A DNA stretch of 64,000 nt from an uncultured Gammaproteobacteria bacterium (GCA_964650355.1 CAZYTL010000003.1:1750-65749); one strand, 5' to 3'; counted from the first letter of the stretch, positions 10,647-21,849 are shown. Made by a program: numbers and translations. The notes: generated from the letters alone by a model not told the origin.

Positions 10647-11009
10647 TTATTTCATCTTCCCCACTTGCTTCTCCGCCCATCCCCCTACATACGGCAACAC
10701 CCATTTCTCTCCGTGATACGTTTTATAAATCAACATCAACCACAAAATAAACATCCCCACCCCGATCAGTGAACTCAACCTCGCCAAAATCACTGTACTC
10801 CCTAACACAATCTGTATCACCATCAAACCGCCGAACACCCCGATCGACTGTAAGGCATGGAATCGCACTTCTTTATCCTTCTCCATAAACAGAAAAATCA
10901 GCCCCGTTACCCAACCCAAACCATAACACAGAGCACTCGCCGTATTTTTCGGCAAGCCCATACTCACCGTCGCCACCTCAGATTTCTTCTCTTTCTCCTT
11001 CTCTGTCAT
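10647..11009 (-). CDS. DUF4870-like small membrane protein
   Basis: N.ASALCY.LGWVTGLIF, VRFHALQS, LPYVG. Confidence 0.8.
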   Translation of the reverse strand: MTEKEKEKKSEVATVSMGLPKNTASALCYGLGWVTGLIFLFMEKDKEVRFHALQSIGVFGGLMVIQIVLGSTVILARLSSLIGVGMFILWLMLIYKTYHGEKWVLPYVGGWAEKQVGKMK

Positions 11010-11070
11010 ATTGTATTAATTCCACTTTACCCTACCCCTAAACCTTCGTCAACTAGTATAATCATTAACA

Positions 11071-11994
11071 ATGACGCCTACATCTTCTATGCGAAACCCC
11101 AATCCCTTCTTCACCATCATCATCCCCACCCTCAACGAGGAAACCCATCTCCCTCTCCTCCTAGAGGATCTCACCCGCCAGACCTTTACCGACTTTCAAG
11201 TCACCGTCGTCGATGGCTTCTCCACCGACTGCACCATCAACAAAGCCAGACAATTTTCCCACCACCTCACTCTTACGATTAAACAAACCCCTTTCCGCAA
11301 TGTTTCCTTCCAAAGAAACTTCGGCGCCCAGCAATCTTCCAGCCCCTACCTGGTATTCTTTGATGCTGATACCCGTCTCCCTCTAAATTATTTAGCCCAA
11401 GTTCACCAATATCTAACCACCAATCCCGTTGACGTTCTCTCTACCTGGATCATTCCCTCCGAAGACCAACTCAAAACTCAACTCATTGCTAACACCATCA
11501 ACTACATCTTAGAAATTTACAAATACTTTACTCCCTTGGCCTGGGGCAGCCATTTAATTATCAACCGCATCGCATTTATGAACAGCGCTGGTTTTAACCC
11601 TCAAATCACCTTCGGAGAAGACGCTGCTCTAACCCAAAAAATTATCCAACAAGGTGGTACCTACGCCCTCCTCAAATCCCCGCGCGCCATCTTCTCCTTT
11701 CGCAGATTCAATCGTGGAGGCCACGCGCTCACCTCAGTCCAACTCATTATCCTTTACTTACACTACCTCATCAATGACCCCACAAAACCCCCTCCTTTTA
11801 CTTATCCCATGGGTGGCACTTCAGAAAAATCTCATCTCCAACTTCGCCATCTTAAAAAAATCCAAAAGCAGCTGACCACTCTCAACCAACTTTCTAAAAC
11901 CAGACTCAAATCTCATCCCGAAATCCAGTCATTGATTAATGAACTACACCAACAGTGGCTTAAAATAAAAAACTACTCAAACCTTATCCAATAA
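11071..11994 (+). CDS. Glycosyltransferase family 2
   Basis: IIIPTLNEE, VDGFSTD, RNFGA, FFDAD, GED. Confidence 0.9.
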   Translation: MTPTSSMRNPNPFFTIIIPTLNEETHLPLLLEDLTRQTFTDFQVTVVDGFSTDCTINKARQFSHHLTLTIKQTPFRNVSFQRNFGAQQSSSPYLVFFDADTRLPLNYLAQVHQYLTTNPVDVLSTWIIPSEDQLKTQLIANTINYILEIYKYFTPLAWGSHLIINRIAFMNSAGFNPQITFGEDAALTQKIIQQGGTYALLKSPRAIFSFRRFNRGGHALTSVQLIILYLHYLINDPTKPPPFTYPMGGTSEKSHLQLRHLKKIQKQLTTLNQLSKTRLKSHPEIQSLINELHQQWLKIKNYSNLIQ

Positions 11995-12160
11995 CCCAAC
12001 AATTATCCTTCCACCACCATTCCTCATCCCCCACTTCAGCCTTTGTTATCCCGGTCAGGGTAATCACAGCCACTCTCGCCATATCACAGATTTCACACTA
12101 TAATAAGTCATGACCACGGGTTAACCTTACCTTCATTAGTTAAAATTTTAACCCCCATCC

Positions 12161-13423
12161 ATGACTAATCATCCCGACAATAAACTCCGCAAAGTACTCA
12201 TCTTGGAAGTTCTCTCCGGCGGAGGTCATCTAAGTATCAGCCAAGCTATCGTTCAGTCTCTCGACCAATATCCGAATATAGAACCTATCCGAGCCAACAT
12301 CGGTCCTGAAATCTTCGACAAACTCTATGCCCTCAGCAGCCGTCAGTTTATCCATCTTTGGTCACTCTTTTACAAATCTATCGACAGTAAACGCCGCGCC
12401 AACTTCGCCGCTAAAGTAAATTTAACCCTCCAACGACAACGTCTCACTAACCTCATTCAAAAACACCAACCTCACCTTATCCTTAGTAACACCCACCAAG
12501 CAGTTAAAGAGGTTGCCTCCGTCTTAAATGAACTCCACCTTAAAACCCCTTTTTTAGTTTTCGTCCCCGATCCATTTACTCCTCCCGCTGTTTGTTTTAC
12601 AGACAAGGCCACTCTTACTCTCGTCCCTACCTTGACGACTTACCAAAAAGCCCTAACCAATGACATCCCACCGCAACGACTCATCCTCACCGGGCACCCT
12701 GTTCGCCAAGAGTTCTTCCATCCTCCCACAAACATCGACAAACACCGTCGCCAACTCGGACTTAAACCTAAACTTACTTGCATCCTTTTCGGCGGCTCAG
12801 GATTCGGCGCAGAAAAGATGATTGAAATCCTCTTCCATCTTGGTGCTAAACCCAACAAAAAATTACTCAAATATATAATCCACGAGGCAGAAAACCATCT
12901 AAATAAAGACCTAAAAACCATTGCCCACGAATTGTTTCTTAATAATGGCACATCTGAACCAGCCTCATCTCCTTCCCCTCACCCAACCACCCCCTTCCAA
13001 GCTATCTTTATCACCGGTACTAACAAACGACTTAAAAGTCAACTCGAACAACTAACCTTTCCTCAACATATCACCCCCCATATCTATGGTCTTGTAAAAA
13101 ACATGTCTGATTTCGTTCATGCTTCAGACCTAATCGTGGGAAAAGCCGGGCCGAACATTATCTTCGAGTCAGTCGCCGCCAGTAAACCCTTCCTTGCCAC
13201 TTACCATATCAAAGGGCAAGAAGATGGCAACATTGATTTTATCAGAAGTACCCAGGTCGGATTTGTCGAAGAGCACCCATCCGCAGCTGCCCAACTAATC
13301 CAAATCATCTTAGAAAACCCTCAAATATTGAAATCCACTCATCCTCACATTAAACACGTCCGTAAACAACTTCAACCTGCCGCTCAAAACATTGCGCAAC
13401 AAATCATCAAACACTTACCTTAA
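12161..13423 (+). CDS. MGDG-synthase-like diacylglycerol glycosyltransferase (GT28)
   Basis: GGGH, TGHPVR, GGSGFG, DLIVGKAGP..IFE, GQEDGN. Confidence 0.82.
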   Translation: MTNHPDNKLRKVLILEVLSGGGHLSISQAIVQSLDQYPNIEPIRANIGPEIFDKLYALSSRQFIHLWSLFYKSIDSKRRANFAAKVNLTLQRQRLTNLIQKHQPHLILSNTHQAVKEVASVLNELHLKTPFLVFVPDPFTPPAVCFTDKATLTLVPTLTTYQKALTNDIPPQRLILTGHPVRQEFFHPPTNIDKHRRQLGLKPKLTCILFGGSGFGAEKMIEILFHLGAKPNKKLLKYIIHEAENHLNKDLKTIAHELFLNNGTSEPASSPSPHPTTPFQAIFITGTNKRLKSQLEQLTFPQHITPHIYGLVKNMSDFVHASDLIVGKAGPNIIFESVAASKPFLATYHIKGQEDGNIDFIRSTQVGFVEEHPSAAAQLIQIILENPQILKSTHPHIKHVRKQLQPAAQNIAQQIIKHLP

Positions 13424-13441
13424 ATCCTACCCCAACGTCAT

Positions 13442-13885
13442 ATGCAGAGTGTCTATATATTCATATATATCCTAATCATCGCCATTTCCTATGCCCTTTT
13501 AGAAATCCAAATCGAAGGCAGACATGGCTGGGCTTCAAAACTTCCCACTTGGAAAATCACCCAAGGACCTCTTGTGAAACTCGCCGGTCGCCCCATCACC
13601 GGCTTCCATCTTTACACGTACACTACCCAACTCTTATTCTTTCACTTTCCCTTTCTATTCATCACCTGGTCTATTCGAACCGAATTCCTTATCCTCGGCA
13701 TGTTCTTCCTTTTCATTAACCTAGAAGATTTCCTCTGGTTCCTCCTTAATCCTCATTATGGACTTAAAAAGTTCACTTCACAGCACATCTCCTGGCATTC
13801 ATCCTGGTTTCTTGGCCTGCCCACCGGATATTGGGTTGGAACAATCGTCTCTCTCCTCCTCTTCTACCTCCGTTACCAAACCTAA
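13442..13885 (+). CDS. Hypothetical membrane protein
   Basis: EIQIEG..GWA..LPTW and EDFLWF.LNP motifs with hydrophobic helices. Confidence 0.75.
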   Translation: MQSVYIFIYILIIAISYALLEIQIEGRHGWASKLPTWKITQGPLVKLAGRPITGFHLYTYTTQLLFFHFPFLFITWSIRTEFLILGMFFLFINLEDFLWFLLNPHYGLKKFTSQHISWHSSWFLGLPTGYWVGTIVSLLLFYLRYQT

Positions 13886-13905
13886 ACGCCGGACAAAACC
13901 GCCTC

Positions 13906-14517
13906 TCATTTCTCCAACAACACCATCCAGTGATATCTTTTGTCTCCCCGATACCCAAAATAGATATTCTCCACCTCATCCACCACCTTTAAATTCAGAT
14001 CTTTAAAGTATCTGTGCCAATCTTCTTCTGACTGAAAATTAAACGGGCAACCTACTCCGAACGGCATATTTGCCCAAAAATCAGCTAAGGATAACAAAAA
14101 CTTTCCTACTCTGTCATTTGCCATATGATCCTTAATCAACACATACTTCCTAGTCACTCGCCTCATCTCTTTTAACAAAGGCGCAATATCTCCCTTAATA
14201 TGATGCAACACATCCACCACCATCACCACATCAAAGCTGTCATCTTCATAAGGCAAATTCACACCGTCGTATAACTTCCGTGGAATTTTAGCCTCTCTGT
14301 GCTCTTGAACATCTACTCCCTTTATCACCAAATCAGGTCTCTTCCCCATCAACATCACCGCTAAGTTGCCGTCATCACACCCTACATCCAAAACTCGAGC
14401 ATTCTTGGGCATCAACTTTAACAACTCTTTAACTACTAATCTCTTATACTGGGGAAACACCAACTCAACATAAACCGTCCTTAATGGCCAACCCCAAATT
14501 TTCGTCCACCAATTCAT
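13906..14517 (-). CDS. Class I SAM-dependent methyltransferase
   Basis: VLDVGCDDG, LPYEDDSFDVV, VLHH, EMRRV. Confidence 0.88.
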   Translation of the reverse strand: MNWWTKIWGWPLRTVYVELVFPQYKRLVVKELLKLMPKNARVLDVGCDDGNLAVMLMGKRPDLVIKGVDVQEHREAKIPRKLYDGVNLPYEDDSFDVVMVVDVLHHIKGDIAPLLKEMRRVTRKYVLIKDHMANDRVGKFLLSLADFWANMPFGVGCPFNFQSEEDWHRYFKDLNLKVVDEVENIYFGYRGDKRYHWMVLLEK

Positions 14518-14661
14518 ATCTTCTATTTACTCTAACATCAGAATTATAACACCCATTACTCAATTAACCATCTACTCCAGCTCTTTTCCAATCCCAGAAT
14601 TCTCAGAATCGATTAGCATTTTGAATTCAAAAACTAAAGATTCCAACTTGACATTCAGCCT

Positions 14662-16164
14662 CTAACTAGCGGGAACAGCATCAGCCGTCTTTTCATCTTT
14701 CTCCTCAAGCAATTGCTCCCTCATCTCAGCCATTAACTTCCTCCAGAACTCCTGCTTTGCCATCACTGACGAGTGAATTAAACCGTCATACGGCATAAAA
14801 GCTACTCCTTTAGCCTGCGGAAACATTGCCGTTAACATCTCCACCACTCTCTCCTCCATTTCAGTCGGTCCATTTTGTTCGCCTGCCTCTAACCTTTCCA
14901 GATCTTCCCTCCTCGCTTGCCTTAACGACTCAATAGTCGGATAATGGCTAATTAATCTTCTTTGTACTGCATTTACTGGCCTAGCGTCAATCACAGGCGC
15001 AAATACCACCTTACTCTTAACCTGCTGCCTAGCACATCTGGTCGAGTCCGTACGTGCAGCCTCTACATTTGTTGCTACAGCTTTCATCCCTCCAAAAAAC
15101 TGTGGGATTATTCTGGGAGAAAGTCCATACACTTCAGCCAACTTTCTATTAAGCCTACCCTGTGATGAATAAATAAACTCTCTTGCAATTTGCAACAATC
15201 CTCCCGCCGGACCTTCAGGCGTTACCCATGCCCCACCCATCTCTCTATTCGCCTGTCGCAATGTATGAACAACTCCTTTTATTACTCCCACCAATCCTCT
15301 TACCGAACCTTCCGGAGTTATCCCCTCTTTATTCGCCTGCTTCCACGGCTGTAACCACCCCTCACCTTTATATTTCTCCACAGCATCCAAAAGTGTTCCC
15401 CACGTAAAATCACGCCCTAATGTCGGATGCTCTGCCAAGCCACCCGATTCGCATAAGGCCAAAACCTCACATCTCTCACCTAACAAACTGGCTAACTCTA
15501 TCGCCTGAGCTCCTCCTAATGAAAATCCTATCAACCCTACCTTTTCTGTCACCTGTAAATTGTTCCCTTCCTTCTTATCCTGTTCTAGTGCCCTCATCAA
15601 AATCTTGGCTGATTCCGACAACGTTGGTTGAGCAGAAGCTTCTCCTTCTCCCTTTGATCTTGGTATTCCACCAATATGCGGTAAAGCCACCATTCTCAAC
15701 CTATAAGGAAAATCCGGTAACTCTTTAACCGCATCTACGATTCTACCGAACAAGCAAACATTCCCTCTCGCCTCCGAACCTCCTCCTCCCAAAATCAACA
15801 AAGTCAAATAAGGATCCTTCTCATGGTCCTTACTTACGGGCATCTCATATCTCAACGCCGTTATCCCATACATATGAGTCTTGCCTGCTTCATCACCCTC
15901 ACCAGTTCTCTCCATAAAAACCGGCAGTGTCACTTCCTCCACATCCAAAAATTGGTCATCTTCAGATCGTTCATTATCCCCATATCCAATCTTATTCAGT
16001 GGGCCACAGGAAAGCCTCCTCGTCATCTTCTCTCCTACAACATTATGGGTTGCAAGAAAATCGCCTTTTCTCGCAGGAGGTACTCCACTCCAATAATCGG
16101 ACAATCTTGCTTTCGGATCTCCGTCTGCCCGTCCTGCAACCAATCTCTCAACATCTCTTAACAT
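14662..16164 (-). CDS. Alpha/beta-hydrolase-like orphan protein
   Basis: Nucleophile elbow GFSLGG; candidate His near the C-terminus (LIHS). Confidence 0.6.
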   Translation of the reverse strand: MLRDVERLVAGRADGDPKARLSDYWSGVPPARKGDFLATHNVVGEKMTRRLSCGPLNKIGYGDNERSEDDQFLDVEEVTLPVFMERTGEGDEAGKTHMYGITALRYEMPVSKDHEKDPYLTLLILGGGGSEARGNVCLFGRIVDAVKELPDFPYRLRMVALPHIGGIPRSKGEGEASAQPTLSESAKILMRALEQDKKEGNNLQVTEKVGLIGFSLGGAQAIELASLLGERCEVLALCESGGLAEHPTLGRDFTWGTLLDAVEKYKGEGWLQPWKQANKEGITPEGSVRGLVGVIKGVVHTLRQANREMGGAWVTPEGPAGGLLQIAREFIYSSQGRLNRKLAEVYGLSPRIIPQFFGGMKAVATNVEAARTDSTRCARQQVKSKVVFAPVIDARPVNAVQRRLISHYPTIESLRQARREDLERLEAGEQNGPTEMEERVVEMLTAMFPQAKGVAFMPYDGLIHSSVMAKQEFWRKLMAEMREQLLEEKDEKTADAVPAS

Positions 16165-16339
16165 AATATCCTATATTATAATACAATAACCCTCCCAATC
16201 CAAGCCCTTATTAAAATTTCACTTTCAACTCTGCAAACAATTCAACAATACTCATATATTTGATAGTTCGCCGCCATCCTAAAACACACTCAAATCTGTT
16301 TTTACTCCGTCTGATACCAACTACTAATATCAACCCTTT

Positions 16340-17098
16340 CTACCCCACCCATTCCTCTATCAATCCCCCGCACCTCTCGACCTCAAACATCACCTGGTCG
16401 TGGTCCCCGTCAAACACCACTAACTTCGAACCTTTAATCAGTTTGTTAAATCTCATTGCATATTCTATCGGAAACAATTCATCCTTGCTTCCCCACAAGA
16501 TCAAAGTCGGCACCTTCACCTCTCTGATCACCCTGGTGTAATCTTCATAAACACATTTCTCAACCATCTCTCTTAACTGCGGCAATCTCCGATTCAGCTT
16601 CACCATATTCCCTAAAAATGACTTAATTATTAACCAAACAAACATTTTATTCTTCCTTACCCGTAACTGCCTCCCCGTCTTCTTCAATCCCCACACGGCT
16701 AATTCCCACTCGGACAATTTCGGTGGTATCCCTACCGCGTCACCCAATACCAGCCTAGCCACCAACCTCGACCGTACTGCCAAATTCACCGCCACTCCCC
16801 CTCCCAACGAGTGTCCCACCACTACCACCCTGTTTATCCTTAAACTCTTCAAAAACCCCTCCAAAAATTCAGCATAATCTCCCAAACCCCATACCTCATC
16901 TGGCAAATCCGACTTCCCGAACCCCGGCAAATCCGGAGCCATCACCTTAAACTTCGCTCCCAACATTTCCAAGTGCTTCCTGTAAACCATCGCCCCCACC
17001 CCGCCTCCGTGCAGCCACAAAATCACCTTTCCGTCTTTCTTCCCCCCTGTCCAATAATGCATCTTTATCCCCCTTGCTTCATAAACCTTCTCATTCAT
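16340..17098 (-). CDS. Alpha/beta hydrolase
   Basis: LHGGG, DLPGFGKS, GHSLGG, PTLILWGSKD, GDH. Confidence 0.92.
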   Translation of the reverse strand: MNEKVYEARGIKMHYWTGGKKDGKVILWLHGGGVGAMVYRKHLEMLGAKFKVMAPDLPGFGKSDLPDEVWGLGDYAEFLEGFLKSLRINRVVVVGHSLGGGVAVNLAVRSRLVARLVLGDAVGIPPKLSEWELAVWGLKKTGRQLRVRKNKMFVWLIIKSFLGNMVKLNRRLPQLREMVEKCVYEDYTRVIREVKVPTLILWGSKDELFPIEYAMRFNKLIKGSKLVVFDGDHDQVMFEVERCGGLIEEWVG

Positions 17099-18167
17099 AC
17101 ACCTTCATTATTTTATATCTAATCTGCCGACTATTAATCACTAAATACCCCGTCTTATCCTTCCCTGGCACCTTTTTATCAATCGCCCCCAAACCTGGTA
17201 AACCGATAAACTTCACCTCCTCGGCATCATGCCTCAACCGATTGATCTCCTCCATCCCTACTTCTTTCAACCTGCATGATTCCTTACTCACCACGTATTG
17301 CTTGCATAAATGATTATGCCCGGTAATTACCGTCACATTCCTATCACACTCTAAGACCGCCCTCATAAACTCAGCGTTACCATTCACCAACACTCCTTCC
17401 ACTAAACCTTCTTTCCAAAGCATCAAATCATAATGTTCAAGATCAACTTCCACCTCGTGATTCAACCTCCCCACCTTAAAAAACGGTGGAGCATGAACAA
17501 ATATCAACACTTCCTTTGCCTTGCCGTTTCTCAACTCATTCGCCAAAAACTTAATCTGCTCCTTCCTCAATCCGTCAGAATTGGCCAAATGCCTCAACAT
17601 AAAAGGTATCTTGCCTAACCTAAAATAGTTTTCGAGCTTCACAAACGCATCGCATCCGCTATCCAGAAAAACCAACTTCGTGCCGTCCAAATTTACAGCA
17701 TAGCAGCGTTCAAAAGGATACCTCTGCAACGTATTAAACCTCTTCAAATTTACCGTCATCGAACCCAACTCTCCCCATCCTCTAAACTTATTAAACCCAA
17801 TCTGCTTCCTATACTGTCTATATAACGCTCTATCTACATTGATATCTTTAAGCACGTAAATTGCATAGTTATACGGCATCAATCTATAATCATGATTTCC
17901 CAAATTCAGGTACCATTTACCCTTACACTTGTCCAAAATCTTAAACAACAGATCCCAATTACTCCCCTCCACGGACTCGTAACCCACAGAATAATTAATT
18001 ACCAAATCCCCGTTCAAAATCAGTGTCTGACCGCGCTTTATTTTCTCCACCAATGCCCTCAAATTCCTTGTCGGGTTTATCACCTCATATTTAGTAGGAA
18101 TAATCTTACTAATTTCCTCAAATGACCTTGACAAATGCAAGTCCGCCGCCACCACTAAATCCGCCAT
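17091..18167 (-). CDS. Calcineurin-like metallophosphoesterase
   Basis: ADLH, NGD, GNHD, FVH, TGHNH motifs. Confidence 0.85.
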   Translation of the reverse strand: MADLVVAADLHLSRSFEEISKIIPTKYEVINPTRNLRALVEKIKRGQTLILNGDLVINYSVGYESVEGSNWDLLFKILDKCKGKWYLNLGNHDYRLMPYNYAIYVLKDINVDRALYRQYRKQIGFNKFRGWGELGSMTVNLKRFNTLQRYPFERCYAVNLDGTKLVFLDSGCDAFVKLENYFRLGKIPFMLRHLANSDGLRKEQIKFLANELRNGKAKEVLIFVHAPPFFKVGRLNHEVEVDLEHYDLMLWKEGLVEGVLVNGNAEFMRAVLECDRNVTVITGHNHLCKQYVVSKESCRLKEVGMEEINRLRHDAEEVKFIGLPGLGAIDKKVPGKDKTGYLVINSRQIRYKIMKVYE

Positions 18168-18224
18168 ATATCCAACGTATCACAAACCACCATAATTCAC
18201 CATCAAGCCGTCAACCCATTCTCT

Positions 18225-20891
18225 TCACTGTAACTTTTTACCATCTAATTTTTTATATGCCAATTTCACCGCCTCAATCACTCCTACCACCCCCAAACTT
18301 AAAGCCCCCACCATCAGCCACTCCTGCCAAAAAATCACCTCCAAACCCAGCAACATCCTCAGCCAAGGCACATAAATCGGCACCACCGTCAATCCCAATC
18401 CTACCAATACCGCTCCCACCAGCCACCGATTTTCTCCTAACGACTCCTCCCAAATATTCTTAGTCAGACTCCTACAGGAAAACACATACAATAACGAATC
18501 TAGCCCCAACGCCGCAAATACAATCGTTCTTCCGAACTCCTGCCCAAACCTGGGCGCAAACCAGCCGAAAATCGCCAAGCTTGCCAGACCAGTTACTAAC
18601 GAAATCACTCCGATTAGTACCGCAATCTCACTGTCAATCAACGGCAGTTTAGGCGAAATCGGCTTTCTCTTGAGTACATTTTTATCTCGAGGATCAATCG
18701 TTAACGCCAAATTAGGCAACCCATCATCAATCAGATTAATCCACAAAATCTGCGCCGCGCTGATTGCTAACGGCCAGCCCATTACCAGACTGCCAATCAC
18801 CAAAATCAATTCTGAGAAAGTATCAGATAACAAATATAAAATAATCTTGCGCAAGTTATCAAAAATTCCTCTTCCCTCAGCTATCGCCCCCACAATCGTT
18901 CTAAAATTATTATCCAGCAACACCATATCCGCCGCCTCCCTCGCCACCTCCGTCGCTTCCCCCACCACAATCCCGATATCAGCCGCAGTAATTGCCGGCG
19001 CGTCATTAACCCCATCACCCATCATCCCTACCACTTCACCCTTGGCTTTCAAAGCCTTTACAATCCTTAACTTCTGCTGCGGTCTGGTCCTGGCAAAAAG
19101 TTTCACATCTTTAATTCTTCTTTGCAGCACCTCTTCCTTTAATTTCTCCAGCTCAAATCCTTCCATCACCGAACCATCCGGCAAATCGATTCCCAACTCC
19201 TTCATCACCGCCTCTGCGGTCGGTCGATAATCACCCGTGATCACCTTCACCTCCACCCCTGCTTCTTGAGCTTGTCTCAACGCCGTCTTTACCCCTTCCC
19301 GAATCGGATCAGCGTAAGCCATCAATCCCAGCCATCGCAACCTCACTTTCGCAAATTTGTGATCCCGTAAATCTGCAAACATTTCCTTCGTCTCCTTTAT
19401 ACTCCGCGCTTTAAAATAAGCTAATCCGATCATCCGCCTTCCCTTATTCCCCAATTCTTCTATCCTCTCTCGACTCTTGACTCTTGACTCTTGCTTCTCT
19501 TGACTCCAGCCAAGCACCACTTCCGGTGCCCCCATCACAAACACTTCCCTCTTATGCCTGGTTGCCAGAAATCTTGCATCAGTCGAAAACGGAATACTCT
19601 CATCCCTCGGAAATTCATCCACCCATACCTGGGGGTCAACTGCCCCCTTCACTTTCTTGCGTGCCCGCTCGCGCAACCAACTCCACCTCGCTAATTCAGT
19701 CCCGTCTCGTAAATCATTCGCCAACGCCCCTGCCCGCATCCCCAACACCTCATCCGTGAAGTCTACTTCCATCACCTTCAAATCCCCTTCCGTCAGCGTT
19801 CCTGTCTTATCCACGCACACCACTGTCACCGTTCCCAAAGTCTCTGCCGCCACCAACTTCCGTACCAAGGCTTTGTGCTTCAAAATCCTCTGCATCCCGA
19901 TTGCCAAAATCGCCGTCAATGCCACCACCAGTCCCTCGGGAATGGCCGCTACTGCCAGAGCTACTGACAACTCAAACATCTCCACCGGATCTCGCCCCGA
20001 TGCCAGCCCATACCCGAACACCCCGATCGCTGCCACCATTACTCCGATCGTCAACCACCTGGCCAGCTGCGACAGTCTTTTCTCCAACGGCGTCTCACCT
20101 TCCTGTTCTTCCTCCAAACTCTTGGCAATCTTCCCCACCTCAGTGTGCATCCCAATCTTAGACACCACCATTACCCCGGATCCGCTGGCCACTACCGTGC
20201 CCATAAAAGCCTCTGCTTCAGTCTCTAAGTTTCCAGGTTTCCAATCTCCCCAGTTAAATTCTGCTTCTTTGAAACCTTTTAATTTAGAAAGCTCGAAACC
20301 TATTTTCCTTACTGGCACACTCTCTCCGGTCAAAATCGCCTCATTAATCAACAGGTCAGTCGCTTCCGCCACCACCCCGTCCGCCGGCACCTTGTCACCC
20401 TCGTACAGCAATACCACATCCCCAGGTACTAACTCTCTCGCATCCATCTCCTGCTGCTCTCCGTCTCTCCTCACCATTGCTCGAGGTGTCAACACCTTCT
20501 GCAACGCCTCCAATCCCCGTTGGGCATTTCTTTCCTGGATAAACCCCAATACTGTATTCACCACCACGGCCAAACCAATCACTGCTGAATCTGTAAACTC
20601 CTGTAGCCATACCGTTACTAACCCTGCAACCACCAACACCAACACCAGCGGATTCTTAAACTGCCGCACTAAGAAATCCCAGTCAGTTGGCGGTCGTTTT
20701 CCCTCCAACTCATTCCGTCCGGATTCCGCCCTTCGCTTCACCACCGCTTCTCGACTCAACCCCCGCTCCAAATAATCTTCAATCTTATCTAGCCCTCCAT
20801 TTTTGCCGTTTGAGCTTTGAGCTTTGAGATTCTCATTCATATCCCCATCATACCGGAAATCCCTCACAAATCTACCCGTATTCATTCCCAA
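18225..20891 (-). CDS. Cation-transporting P-type ATPase (Ca2+-type, P2)
   Basis: TGES, AIPEGL, DKTGTLT, TGD, GDGVNDAPA. The true start may be slightly downstream. Confidence 0.95.
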   Translation of the reverse strand: MGMNTGRFVRDFRYDGDMNENLKAQSSNGKNGGLDKIEDYLERGLSREAVVKRRAESGRNELEGKRPPTDWDFLVRQFKNPLVLVLVVAGLVTVWLQEFTDSAVIGLAVVVNTVLGFIQERNAQRGLEALQKVLTPRAMVRRDGEQQEMDARELVPGDVVLLYEGDKVPADGVVAEATDLLINEAILTGESVPVRKIGFELSKLKGFKEAEFNWGDWKPGNLETEAEAFMGTVVASGSGVMVVSKIGMHTEVGKIAKSLEEEQEGETPLEKRLSQLARWLTIGVMVAAIGVFGYGLASGRDPVEMFELSVALAVAAIPEGLVVALTAILAIGMQRILKHKALVRKLVAAETLGTVTVVCVDKTGTLTEGDLKVMEVDFTDEVLGMRAGALANDLRDGTELARWSWLRERARKKVKGAVDPQVWVDEFPRDESIPFSTDARFLATRHKREVFVMGAPEVVLGWSQEKQESRVKSRERIEELGNKGRRMIGLAYFKARSIKETKEMFADLRDHKFAKVRLRWLGLMAYADPIREGVKTALRQAQEAGVEVKVITGDYRPTAEAVMKELGIDLPDGSVMEGFELEKLKEEVLQRRIKDVKLFARTRPQQKLRIVKALKAKGEVVGMMGDGVNDAPAITAADIGIVVGEATEVAREAADMVLLDNNFRTIVGAIAEGRGIFDNLRKIILYLLSDTFSELILVIGSLVMGWPLAISAAQILWINLIDDGLPNLALTIDPRDKNVLKRKPISPKLPLIDSEIAVLIGVISLVTGLASLAIFGWFAPRFGQEFGRTIVFAALGLDSLLYVFSCRSLTKNIWEESLGENRWLVGAVLVGLGLTVVPIYVPWLRMLLGLEVIFWQEWLMVGALSLGVVGVIEAVKLAYKKLDGKKLQ

Positions 20892-20901
20892 TAACTAATC
20901 C

Positions 20902-21705
20902 CTACTTAATCGCCACCCCAGCCTTCTCCGTCTCTTCCTTCAACTTCTTCAACAACTCCCTCTTCACCTGCCACTGACTGCCTCCATCGACCTTTAGTCG
21001 CACTTTGAAAGTCATCACTCCTCCTCCTAAATCTTCCGGACCAGTCACCGAAGGTTCCTCTTCAATCATCTCTTTAAACTTTGGTTCCTTGGCTACCGAC
21101 CTCGCTACTTGCTCGAGCAGCTTGGACACCGTCTCCACCTTCTCCTCCACTCCCACTTTCACTACCACCGCCACAAACGCCCAATCTTGAGTAAAATTCG
21201 CTATCCGCCCAATCGTACTATTGGCAATATAATAGGCTACTCCCTCCTCATCTCGTAACATCGTCCTGCGCAAATTAAACCCCTCCACCTTACCTCGCAC
21301 TCCGTTTATCTCTACAATATCTCCCACTCCCAACTGATCTTCCAATAAAATAAACAGCCCGTTAATAATATCTCTCACCAAATTCTGCGATCCAAACCCG
21401 ATCGCAAACCCGATTACCCCCGCTCCAGCTAGTAAAGGTCCGATATTGAACCCCAAAGCCGCTAAACTCACCAACAACAAAGCCGTCGTCAACCCCACCA
21501 TCAAGGTGGCGCTCACCACCCGCACAATTGTCTGCGCCCTTTGCTCCTTTTCCCGTTTGGATCGTTTAGAGCCCTCCTGTGCCTTTCGCAACACCGCCAT
21601 CAACCATCTCTCCGCAATCGGCCGTACCACAAATGAAAATCCTGCCCACGCTCCTAGCAACGCCAACACCTTCTGCCATGAAACCGATCCCGCCAAACCA
21701 TCCAT
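20902..21705 (-). CDS. mscS: Small-conductance mechanosensitive channel
   Basis: LAGAGVIGFAIGFGSQNLVRD, VGDIVEI. Confidence 0.9.
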   Translation of the reverse strand: MDGLAGSVSWQKVLALLGAWAGFSFVVRPIAERWLMAVLRKAQEGSKRSKREKEQRAQTIVRVVSATLMVGLTTALLLVSLAALGFNIGPLLAGAGVIGFAIGFGSQNLVRDIINGLFILLEDQLGVGDIVEINGVRGKVEGFNLRRTMLRDEEGVAYYIANSTIGRIANFTQDWAFVAVVVKVGVEEKVETVSKLLEQVARSVAKEPKFKEMIEEEPSVTGPEDLGGGVMTFKVRLKVDGGSQWQVKRELLKKLKEETEKAGVAIK

Positions 21706-21849
21706 ACCCCTATCTTACCAGAACCTTCCCCGCTCTCAACCCCAAATATCAAGTCAATGAAAGACCCGATACGTAACACGTAACAAGAGACCAGAATAAA
21801 GGGGCAAAAACTAACTACAATTTAATTTCTACTAATTTCTACTCGCTAT

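Noticed and set aside
19657-20775. 372-aa + strand ORF, and similar long antisense ORFs at 18670-19230, 30802-31395, 49631-50317 and 57634-58227
   Set aside because: Shadow ORFs opposite well-supported genes; their S/P/T/H-rich composition is explained by the strand skew.
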